DNA of 63,530 nt, counting the filler. It is 15 parts of 15 records of this genome, joined end to end, with 100 filler letters (N's around TTAATTAATTAA, not from the genome) between each part and the next. Parts side by side here need not be neighbours in the genome. Positions count along the whole stretch, not along the records: positions 33,375 to 39,024 come from SRR15195285_9293; positions 39,125 to 42,251 come from SRR15195285_9314; positions 42,352 to 45,569 come from SRR15195285_9316; 12 more parts are not named here. One strand, 5' to 3'. Each line of letters opens with the position of its first letter. The first letter of the stretch is position 1. Shown here piece after piece: positions 34,620 through 45,669 of this stretch. Under the pieces are notes generated by a model. That model ran no database searches. It saw only the letters and a program-made list of their open reading frames with translations, and was not told the DNA's origin. The position numbers and the translations under genes are program-made.

Positions 34620-34948
34620 TAGCATCAGGCAGCCTGCCAATCGAGACTGGCTCTTGCACCGCATGCACTGGTCCGGAGGCAGCTGACTGCACAGCAGCGA
34701 CGTGCGCTGCGGGCTTCTCAGGCTACAGGAACGGCATGTGCTGTCATGTCTCCACATCAGTTCAGTCTAAGGAGCTTGTTGACGCCCATTTGTGCGTTTG
34801 CCTGCTAGGCTACTGTGGTCCTGAGTGCAGCATCGATATAGATGAGTGTGTGCCATCCCGTTGTCTCAACGCCGCAGAATGCGTTGAGTCAGGCCGGGAC
34901 GCCTCAATGCCAGTTGGCACAAGGTGGTGCAGCTGTATCGACGGATAG
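34620..34948 (+). pseudogene. EGF-like/Cys-rich extracellular module fragment, possibly a pseudogene or an unresolved exon
   Basis: CVCLLGYCGPECSIDIDECVPSRCLNAAECV is calcium-binding-EGF-like, in a different frame from the upstream ORF and quickly terminated. Confidence 0.5.
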
Positions 34949-35061
34949 ACGGTGAGATCTTCACACGGGCGCGAGTGCCCATGTGAAGATCTACGCGTGT
35001 ACAGATGATGGACTTTGTGTTGTTTCGTCAAGGTACAGCACTTGCAACCAAGGCAGTCCAC

Positions 35062-35660
35062 CTACTGTAGGTCCGGTAAAGTACCACTCAATCTAGTGCC
35101 ATGAAGCACGATCTGCTCGAGCCAGTGTGGCGCCAAGAGTGAGACGAGTCGACAGATAATGCATCCCAGTAATGGTAACGCGTTGAACTCTTCGCTCCTG
35201 GTCACACTGCGCCATGTCCCAGGTGCACATATCACCCAGCCGTGCAAGCTAGCGTCCTCGCTCGTATCTAATTGCACGGCAGTCAATAGTGCCTCTGCAT
35301 CTCCGTGATCGTCAAGCATGTTGTCCAACGAAACGCACTGATAGATCGCTGTGAAACCATCTGCAGGGATCGAGTAGTCCGATGTGAGCTCCACCCGTAG
35401 CTCACCGCTTGCGGCGCCCACCGGCACACCGTCTGGTACACTGTCCCCACTGAACTCTTCGATCAGGACAGAAGGATTGGCCCCATGCTGCCGTACAGCC
35501 TCACGTGGTCAAAGTTGGACTTCGTATCCGATGGTGAAATCAATCTGCAAGGGCTCGGCGCTACTGCCTTGGAGCGGGGCGGCGCCAGGCTCTCGGCATT
35601 AATTTGGTGCAGCTCCCATCGTCCACTGTAGCGCTCGGCGCATAGTTCGGCGCTGCAATG
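35062..35660 (-). pseudogene. Frameshifted CUB-domain + LRR receptor remnant
   Basis: CUB-like pieces DTKSNFDHVRLYG and IEEFSGDSVP...SGELRVELTSDYSIPADGFTAIYQC lie in different frames with stops. LRR-like LEQIVLHGTRLSGTLPDL. Confidence 0.6.
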
Positions 35661-36024
35661 TCTGTGCATCCAAGCTCAAGGTCGTCTTAGTGCGATCAAA
35701 TTTGTGGCGGACAAACACTACGGGACGCATGCCGAAGGCATCAGGTTGCCTGAGTATCCAGGTTCAGTCCGAACAGATGATACGAATTTCAGATTGGCAT
35801 TTTCTTCTAGGTGACTCAATACTGTTGAAGAAGGTGACAATGATAAGCACCTTCTGATGCCATTGAGCAGTTTCATGCATGTAGAATTCAATTCAATTTA
35901 GTACAGCTGTGGATTCGTCGGGTTCTCGAGAGCCGGAGGTCTTGCCGACAGGCCCTTTGCGTGCAGCACAGCGTCGCGGTGCCTTTTCCTGTGGAAACAG
36001 GACGAGATGCCCATTGACAACATA

Positions 36025-38820
36025 CTAGGACATCAATGGAACAGTCAAATTCGCCACTGCTTGCTCCTGCTGCTCTACTGCCTCTACCAAAGCCTGAAAA
36101 TCAATCTTCGACTTGGGCAGTTCAGGGTTGTGTGAGGCCTCATGGTGGTTCACTGCGCTGGACTCGAGATCGGCTATGATGGCGCGTGGCCAGTACACAG
36201 GGCAGCTTCTGCAGCATGTATCATCGTACCATCCCTCCGGATACTCAACAGAGTGTTTCCCGCGATCTGTTAACAGGTCATCGCACTCAATCTGGCCATC
36301 CCGAAGCTCTGCGCACAAGCTGTTAGGCGGATGAGATAATTGGTGTTGCCGGCCTTGCTTGGGTTCGATAAACGTGTGCGAGAATGGGTCGATTATTGAA
36401 TCATCATCCTCGCATTTGGTGCGTCGTTCGGTTGGTTGACTGCATTTCGCCACCACAGGTTTGAAAAGCCACGCTGGAGACTCCTCAATCGAGCCGTACA
36501 CGTCAAGCAGCTCGGGACGAATGCATTGCGACCAGAGTGGGAGTACAAGCTTTGCACAGCTGTCGGTGCAGACATACAGGTTGTGCTCGTACCACACCTG
36601 AGTGCTGAAACCGTCCATACTTTTGGGGGTCCAAGAGCCAACGGAGCATCGCGCATCGGGATGATCGTCCTCAGCACCGCCACAGCAAGCTAAGTCGATG
36701 TCTACCATGTAATCTTCGATTGAACGTCCACAGTGCACACTAATCGGAGGCTGTGAGAAGTCATCTGTCGGCGGAGACCCGTCCTTCTCATCTGATTGGC
36801 TGTGCAGCGCTACGAGTATATTGACTGCCAGGCTCACCACTACAGCCACAGGTAAAATCATTCCCGCGAACCGCTTGGCACTCCGGATGTATCCTCGGCC
36901 ACCGACAACGCTCTCCTTTTGCCACATAGCAGATTCGGTCATTGGGTCGAGAGCGTCCGAAGCCACTGCTGTAGTCGACGCGCCGTCTTCCTCATCAATT
37001 TCTGTGGTGCCGTCAATACAGACAGCATCTTCGGACCACAAAGGAGAAGGACAGCTGGTCCAGTCCACATCAGATTCCGATGATGAGCCCGATGCAGGAA
37101 AATTGAAATCATCTGGATACACGCAGGAATAGCTGCCCCATTCCGCATCAGAGTCCGATGACGAGTCTGGTTGGCTAGTGGTAAAATTGAAATTGTCTGA
37201 AAGCACGGACCACTCCGACGAAGCACTGCTGGATGAGCCTGGTGTCAGTGATGCGGGCACTAGTGCATCAGGTGTTTCGTTCCACGCAGCGAACGTGGTC
37301 GTCTGCGCAACAGGTTGGACCATCTTTCCAGAAGGCATCGTCTCTTGCGATAATTCTGACGTGAGTGCTGATGAGTTCGTTGAGTGACCATCGATAGCTG
37401 CAAAGATTTGAGCACGGTCACCAGACCATTTCTCAAGAATTCTGGTGCAAGACTTGCATGGAAATTGACGTGAACACGCCACAGGGCCAGAGGTTCGAGG
37501 GCAGCGTGGTCTGATGATGTGGGCTCGGAACTTGGCCGAGCAGGTGGAGCAGTACGCAGGTCCGTCGTAGCCGTGCTTCTTCCACCGATGATTGAGCATT
37601 GTCCCGACTGGCTGAGATTCCATGCACATCGGACAGACTGCAGTGTTGCATTTCTCATGCTGTGGAGGCGCGAGCCTAGCAAGTGTTTCCTCCAACGGAT
37701 CGGCAACCCACTGCAGAATTTGCTTGCAGGTGGGGCAAGGTTGCGCACGAGAACATGTGCGTTGAAGAACTTCGCACCTCAGGATGTGAGACCGAAAGAT
37801 GCTTGAGCAGCGGTTGCAGTATGCGGGGCCTGTGCTCACCAGACGCACACGATCATTCGTTTAAATTAGCAATGATGGAACAAATCGAACGGTAGCAACA
37901 CCCAGCTATTGGTACATCGGTCGATGCAGACCTTAGCAAAAAGCGACGGCTAGCTAGCCACTGAAGCCCATTTATACGCGAACACAAAACGCACCTTGGT
38001 AACCAAACTTTCGCCAATAGGTACCCAACCGCTGACCTTGCTGACAAGTGTTGATGCAGAACGGACATTTCTGATCTGATTTCTGATGTGCTGGCGGCGT
38101 GCTTATCCCAGTCCCAGTAGTGGCATTCGTGGGAACAGTTGCGGTGACGGCTGCTGTCGAGTTGGCGCTGCTACAGAGCTCAGAAGTGCTTACGTCTGCG
38201 GTGCGTTTTAGACCGCGCTCTATATCGCTGCTAGCATAGCCATACCCATGCAATTCTATACCTTTGTCAGCTAGGGCGCAGGATTCTGCATCTTGCGGCA
38301 ACCTGTGCATGACCGAGGAAGGGGACGCATCTGGCGCTCGGCCGACACGACTCGTTGAGACCCACGCAGCAGGGGACGCAGCAGGCAACGTTGGCGGGGA
38401 CTCACGCCCCCTCTTTCCGCGTTGACAGGACGAAGTGAGAGGCACCATGGTATCGGAATCGCACGCGCTACACAATAATCGTTCGGCCCGCTCGTTGCTC
38501 TTTGCAGCACGACGGCGCCGCGCCGCGCGCAGCCGGACGGGCCCACCGACTCGGTCATGATTCAGGATCAGTGCGTGGCACTGCTGGCATGCGATCTCCA
38601 GCTTCCAGGAATCATCAGTCAAGCCGTACACCGGTTGATCTGGTTGATCCAGCCCGGATATGCGTGCGAGCCGTAGTCCTTTGCTCGGCAGCGGGGCCCG
38701 CGCTGGGTCGGAGTAGATCATTATGAATCGGCACCTGGCGAGTCGCTGCTTCGACTTGTGGACCGTGTGTTTTAGCCCTGTATGATAATCCAAGAAGGTC
38801 CGATGCGTCGTCGAGTCCAT
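36025..38820 (-). CDS. Protein with tandem Cys/His zinc-binding modules, an acidic Ser-rich region, a single TM helix and a Cys-rich C-terminal domain; intron 37830-37994
   Basis: ATG at 38820. Splicing creates WRKFGYQGPAYCNRC, matching the unspliced second copy WKKHGYDGPAYCSTC. TM segment FAGMILPVAVVVSLAVNILVAL. Confidence 0.8.
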
Positions 38821-39397
38821 GGTGACGCGCTCCGCGGACCAACCAGTCAACCTCGGCGGGCGGCAAGTGGGGTGCCCTGTCCAGTGTAGTCCAGCGAGTG
38901 CAGTGCGGTACTATACAGTGAGATCGTTCTGCCTCCCGCTCTCCTCACCTAGCTCCCCCCGCTCTCCTCACCGCCCCGCGCCCCCCGCTCTCCTCACCTC
39001 CTCGCGCTCTCCTCACCTCCCCCCNNNNNNNNNNNNNNNNNNNNNNNNNNNNNNNNNNNNNNNNNNNNTTAATTAATTAANNNNNNNNNNNNNNNNNNNN
39101 NNNNNNNNNNNNNNNNNNNNNNNNTGTGCTGCGCATTGCGTGCAGAGGGCGGTACTAGACCGTCAAATAGTATCCTTATGTACCCGCAATTCTGATTGCT
39201 TGCGATGCTCCGATGGGCTGCCGATCTCATTCCCGATTCCGAGGCGGCGCACGCGGCCGCGGGCGCGGCGTTGGCGCGTCGATGCCGCGGCGCGCGTGGG
39301 TGCACTGCACCGCCTCGCTGCTGGCCAGTGGGTGCCACCGCACGTGTCACGCGTCGGTGCCGTGGCATTGTCTCGCGAGTTTGGGGGACGGAGCGGC

Positions 39398-41805
39398 ATG
39401 GAGTTACCGGGTGGCCCTGATAGCCTGCTGGCGGGCTCAGATGAGTCATTGGATGCAAAAGAAGTCCGCGTGCTGGGCCAGAGTCCTCGGCAGGTTCTGA
39501 AAGCCGTCGGCTACCTCATCCTGCTCTGTACCAACTCCGACACATGACTCTCTTGAGCACCGGACAGCTTTGTGCGTGTATTGTAATCTGGAGCTTTCTT
39601 GGCTGCTGCTCAACGTTCTCGTCCGTCGGAGCAGGCATAGCGGCGCTGGTGGGTAGCGTGTTCGGGGCAGGCCGCGACCAGCAGAACGCGTCGGCGCCAG
39701 GTGCAAGCTCTGCAGGCACGCAGGGCGATAGGCCACGGTATTCCCCGCCGTCAGCGGGCTGGCCTGACAGCCCGCTGGTCACTGAGAAAGTTGTCATTCT
39801 GTCCCGGCACGGTATCCGCACCCCGTACGCGCCGAGTGACGACTTTGCTCTGAGCGAGTTTTCCACCGACCAGCGCGATTGGCCAGGCGTCGACCCGCCA
39901 GACAACCGCTGGGGTGCCATCGGCAACGTCACTGCGGCGCTGACGGCGCATGGAGCACAGGTGCTGAGGGCACACGGCACGTATCTGCGCGCGGAGACGT
40001 GGCTCGGAATGCTCAACGGTGCGAGTGGGACTGCTGCTTGCAGCCAGGTCACCGTCTACGCCGATCCAGATGCCCATACTCACCGTGACCGGGAGACGGC
40101 GCGCTTTTTCTTGTCGGGACTTCTCCCAGACTGTATCGTCGACGATGACGACTCCGGAGGAATCATCAAGGTGAGCAGAGATCTACGCCCTGTTTTCAAC
40201 ACGGGAGCGGATTCACACTTCCGTTCTGGAGAACGTCCTGAGGGTTGCCCAGGCCAGCCACCCCAACAGGTTGTCGATGGTGGCATCACAGGAGGTAGCA
40301 TCACCAAGTTCACTGAGTCTCATGCGGCGCTCATCCGCTCGATGAGCGATGCGATCGGCTGCTGCAGCACGAAGATGTGCGAGCGATGCGCGGTTCCTCC
40401 ACGTCCTGCAGCTGGTCTCGCCCGCAGTGATGCGACGCGTGCTTGTCGTTCCAGGGGCTGTAGCCTTTCAGTGACAGTCCCCCGCGGAGGGGTGTTTCAG
40501 TCTGGCGATCCAATTTCCGTCCATTTCAGTGGCGCGACAGACGAGCAGGACTGGATAGGAATGTATCGTGTTGGGCACACTCCTGGCGAGGACGGTAGTC
40601 ACAACTGGAGCTACCATAGGTCAGCTTCAGGCAGTGGTAGTATTGACGTAACGGCTGCTGCACCCGGCGACTACTTTATTGTGCTCATGTGTTGCGACGG
40701 CTACGTCGAGCTTACCGATCGTCTGACTGTTTCAGTTGTCGCGGGGCCGTCTCATGCGTCTGCTAATGGGGCGTGCACACACCCCATCGCAGATCTTTGC
40801 GGGCTGGACATTCCTGCTGGACCGTACCTCGCAGGTGCGCCGATTGTGGTGTCTTTCACGGGCGCAACGGACCCACAGGATTGGGTCGGCATGTACAAGA
40901 ACGGTCACATTCCAGGAACAGAGAACAGTCACTCGTGGAGCTATCATGGTTCCGCCAGTGGGAGTGGCACTGCGACTGTTACTCCAGGAGTTGCTGGCGA
41001 GTACTTCATTGTACTCATGTGCTGCGATGGCTATACTGAGATGTCCAGCCGCATAGCGATCACAGTCGAGGCCCCGTGCACGCTGTTGGACGTCGGCCAG
41101 CAATCTTTCCATCCGGAGCACTACTGGTCGCTATACAATGGGACACTGGCTGTGGCGGCATCGATCGCTGAATATCTGCAGCTACTCTATCTCAATGACA
41201 TGGATACACAAGTGGTTGCTCCTGGTATTGGGCGCCAGGACATCGCACGTCTAACACAGCTGCATCAACTAAACATGGGCCTGAGCTCCGGGACGCCGTG
41301 GCTGGCGCAGAGCTATGGCTCTGACCTGCTCATGCATCTACTGGCGACAATGGAACAGCTAACGGCAAGCGGTGGCGGCTCGATCAGTGGTCTGCAGTCC
41401 CGCCCCACCGACAAACTGGTGTACTACGCAGGGCATGACATTAACATTTACTTTGTTCGGGTGTTGCTGGGTCTGAACTGGTTAACGGAGTCATTTAATG
41501 TCAACCAATCACCACCAGGTGGCATGTTGCGTTTTGAGCTCGCGCGCCAAGCCGGTGCTGGCGGGTGGTTTGTGAAGGCATTTTTCGAGTCAATGTCGAT
41601 GGAGCAACAGCGTGATGTTGACTTCGCTCTGCGGCAGGGTAAGAACCAACCAGATCGGGCTTTCATCGCCATCCCAGGCTGCTCCGAGGGACCAGAGAGC
41701 TCGTGCCCTTTGGAGCATCTGAAGGAGAACATTCTTGCAGCAGTGAACCCAAGTTGTATCGAGACGGTCAAAGCTTGGTCAGACGCGCAACGCACCAGTG
41801 GTTGA
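39398..41805 (+). CDS. Histidine acid phosphatase (AppA/Agp/phytase-like) with N-terminal membrane anchor and two inserted beta-sandwich repeats; probable introns 39464-39567 and 40377-40454
   Basis: RHGIRTP (RHGxRxP), LTAHG, HRDRETA, proton-donor motif GHD, PPGGMLRFEL. Confidence 0.9.
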
Positions 41806-42566
41806 TAACAGCGTCCCTCTCCTCTAGAGGGATTTGGCTTTTGACAATTCAATAATGCAATGGTTTGATCCTTGAGCTTGATTCATCATTTCGAATTGAA
41901 TGGACTCAGTGCTACCACGTAGGACAGGCCCATGGGTGTCCACCCATATACGTTGCGAGTGTCCCCACTAAAACAGTTGGTTTAGAGTACAGGGTGAGTA
42001 ACTTTTTCGCTACCTATGTTCTGGGGTGCTTTTGGGTGTGTACTGTTTCGCTTCCAAGTGCTGTCCCAATGAAGCATGTAGGCTGTGGAAATAAAGCTTG
42101 GTGAGCCGAGCTTGCGAGGATGCGCTCGCGAACCGCCACTCCGACGGCAACAGAAGTAATGAGGCTGTTTGCAGAAGATCAAAGGTGTCGTGTGTTCGAT
42201 CATTCATTTGGGAACGCCGGGGCTAATCAAGCTCTTCCATCGCATCGTAATNNNNNNNNNNNNNNNNNNNNNNNNNNNNNNNNNNNNNNNNNNNNTTAAT
42301 TAATTAANNNNNNNNNNNNNNNNNNNNNNNNNNNNNNNNNNNNNNNNNNNNGGGGTAGCTGGGGCCCGGGTCACGAGCATGATGCGCCCGCCGCGACGAC
42401 GAACCCGCGCCACGAGGCGCTCGCGCGCCGCGCCGGCGCGCCAACGCGCGCGCCGGTGCACCGCGGTCTTGAGGCTGTGCGATGCGCCGCTTGCCGGCGC
42501 CGCGCGCGGGGACGACGACGCGCGCGCGCCGGTCCGCGATCCTCACTCGCGTGCGGATCGATCTAA

Positions 42567-45423
42567 ATGCTATCACTAGCGAGCAGCCTGCAGCTCCTGA
42601 GCCTGCTCTTCTCAGCCTCGGCTACCACAGCGACAGTCTACCATGTCGACTGCAGTACTGGCTCCGACGCTAACAGCGGTGCAAAAGGACGCCCGTTTCG
42701 TAGCGTGCACCACGCACAGGCAGCGATCCACGCCCAGCGCAGCGCGGCAGGCGATAAATCGGAGAGGGCATCGACTACGGTGAAGATCACTGGGCTCTGT
42801 GAGTTGCTGAACCCGCTGGTTCTCAGCGAGGCTGATGACAACGTGCACTGGGTCGGCAACGGTGATGGGGCCATTCTGAGTGGAGGCACGAGGATCGAAG
42901 CAGCGGAGGACTCGACCTCTTCCGTCCAGACAGTCGATCTCAAGCCCCTGAAGTTTACATCTGCGAGTCTGGGTACCTTGAAGGGACGTGGTTATACTGG
43001 TGGGAGCGCATGCATCTTGCTCGATAACTATGAGTCCTCGCCTGCCGAGCTATTCTACCGACCCCCTGGTCCAAACTCTATCGCAGGTGCTCGATCTTCC
43101 GGACCAGAGGAAATTGGAACTATGCGGCTGGCGAGATACCCGAATATCGACAACGCCGTGCCGACCATTTCCGACTGGGCAAAAATTACGTCGGTCAACA
43201 ACCACACAGTAAAGATCAGTGGCGCAAACAGCACGATGCTTGCTGGATGGGAAGCGGAGCTCAAAGCCGGTGGGCAGGTGTTCGCGCATGGCTTGTGGAG
43301 CTGGAATTGGGCCGACTCACATAGACCCGTATTGTCCGTAGATGTGGCAGCAGGATCGATCACCATCGGTGACGATGACTGGAACCACGATGTCAACCCA
43401 ATCAAGACGGGTCACGGCAGCGCGCAAGGTGGGAATGTGTATGTGTACGGCTCTAAGAGTGACCTCGATCTGGCTGGCGAATATGTTATCGACCACAAAG
43501 AGGTGTCCGTATCTTTTTTGCCACCGATGACCCAGACTCGCAGCGGCCCGTACCAAGATTGTCTCTGGAACGTTAGTCTGACACGATCAGACACGCCAGG
43601 CGTGTGGGAATCTGTCACAGTGCACGCGGACGCGACTGACTCATTTCGCTTCGACGGCTGCTCACCGAGTTCAGGACCGATGGGATCGAAGTGCTCGAAT
43701 GGGAGCTTCGGGTACAAGATGAAGGGAGCAAATGTGCTGATAACGACAAATGTAAGCTTAAGCGTTTCTCCTAGTATGTCAGGCTTTCCGTTGTCTATGT
43801 ACATGTTCGTGCAGGGACAGCGTTTATCGTTGGCCAGAAGGAGGAGCTAGAAGGGATCGTGAATTTGAACATCGCTCACCCATGATACAATCTGCACGGT
43901 TGGCATTGTGCACTCCGATTGCCCAGGGTACTGTAGTTGGCGAGGGGGTCTGCTGCAATGGCGTCACGAATGGTGTGGCCTCCGCTGTCAAGATCAGTTG
44001 CTCTCCCCCTCCACCGCCGCCGCCACCTACACCGGCGGCGGAGCAGGGCAGTTTTCATGTCTCTCGACTCGACTCCGTGGTCATCGCTCAAGGAGTGACC
44101 AGCGCAATGTTTTCCAACCTGGAGATACGCTAGTGAGCGCGAGAAATCCCGTTGCAGCTGCGTGTGTGCACGTGTCCTGACTCTGGATACTAACATGTGC
44201 AATGCTTGGGGCAACGTGAATTTGCACATTCCCAGTGCTCGCGGTGGCGGAGTGGTCGTCAAAGACTCGACTGGAGTGCTATTCGACAAATGCACTATCT
44301 CTGACCACGGTTCGATGGGTGTCAACATTACCGGCGGCAAAAATTGCGGGGTCCAAAACAGCAACGTGGCAGGTAATCATTGACTGTTGCCGTTCGTCGA
44401 GATTAGAGCAAGGGTGGTCCCTCAGAAAACACGAGTGCGTTGGGAAGGTGCAATCTTTGGTACATGAGGTGACATTTGCGGAATTTTGTTGCGCTTCCAG
44501 GCAATGGTAATGTGGGCGTAGCACTCTTTGGTGGCGTTCGTGAAACGCTCACGCCATCTGGTCACTTCGTGTCGAACTCCACCCTCCACCATAACCAGAG
44601 ATGGATCTTGAACTATGCACGTACGTTTGGATGCCGCTCTAAGCTCCCTTGTCACGACTCCACGCCATAAGCACCTGCTCTTGATCGCCGTGGATGGTTA
44701 TGCCTTGTTTATCACGGGGTATCACTCTGATCGCTGCTTGCCCCTGTTGGGTTTCGCGTATTGCTTCATGAATGCAGCTGATATCTTCATAGGGGGTGTC
44801 GGACAGTCTGCGACTGGCAACGAGATCTACGGCTCGCCACAGATTGCTGTCTTCATGCAGGGCAACGATCACACGTTGTCCAAGGCAGATATTCACGACG
44901 CTGCACGCCAGTGTAGCGACTGTGGCAGTTTCTACATGGGACGAGATTGGACGTGAGTGCTGACGAGCATGCATGTGTCTCTAAACTGCCCAACTTGATT
45001 ACGAAAGAACCCACGGCTGCTCTCTTCACACACTTGGATTTTTGGAAGAGATGTGTCCATGCCATTACCGCGTCCATGTGAGAGGCCATCTGGCGGAGCT
45101 CCCATATTTTAGACCAAACTGCGCGAACCGGTGTCTGAGCAGGTATCGTGGGAACCGTATTTTGTCTTCCAAATTTTCTAAGCTCAGCTCGATCTGGGGC
45201 GCAGTATCTGCTGTGTGAGCACACTGTCATCGGAAGCACAAGCACTAGTCAGCGATCTCATCGATCTAGGTTGGGTCGAACCGTCCTGACGTTGTGGTTG
45301 CGCGGTGGTGGGTGCGGATTGAAGGTACCTCGACGACCAGCTCAGCTCAGTGCGTATCGCAGGGAACGTCTTCGACCATCACGAAGGCATGGTGCTGGAG
45401 CTTGGAGGAGGCCGACACAACGA
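42567..45423 (+). CDS. Secreted right-handed parallel beta-helix protein (GH141-like), multi-exon, 3'-partial
   Basis: Signal peptide. YHVD..GSDANSG...PFRS, AILSGG, LARYPN, WSWNWAD, LDLAGEYVID, DCGSFYMGRDWTYRGN, YLDDQLS...GGGRHN. Confidence 0.78.
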
Positions 45424-45669
45424 GTTTGTGCATGCTCCATGCAGTGCCTCACAACCTTGTTTTTGATAGTTCATTGCATTTACGCATCGCAGTGTGATGC
45501 ATATGCAATTTGTGGCACTCTGAAGTAAACAGCGACTATGTCCTCTACGGTAGAAAACTTACTGACTTGNNNNNNNNNNNNNNNNNNNNNNNNNNNNNNN
45601 NNNNNNNNNNNNNTTAATTAATTAANNNNNNNNNNNNNNNNNNNNNNNNNNNNNNNNNNNNNNNNNNNN

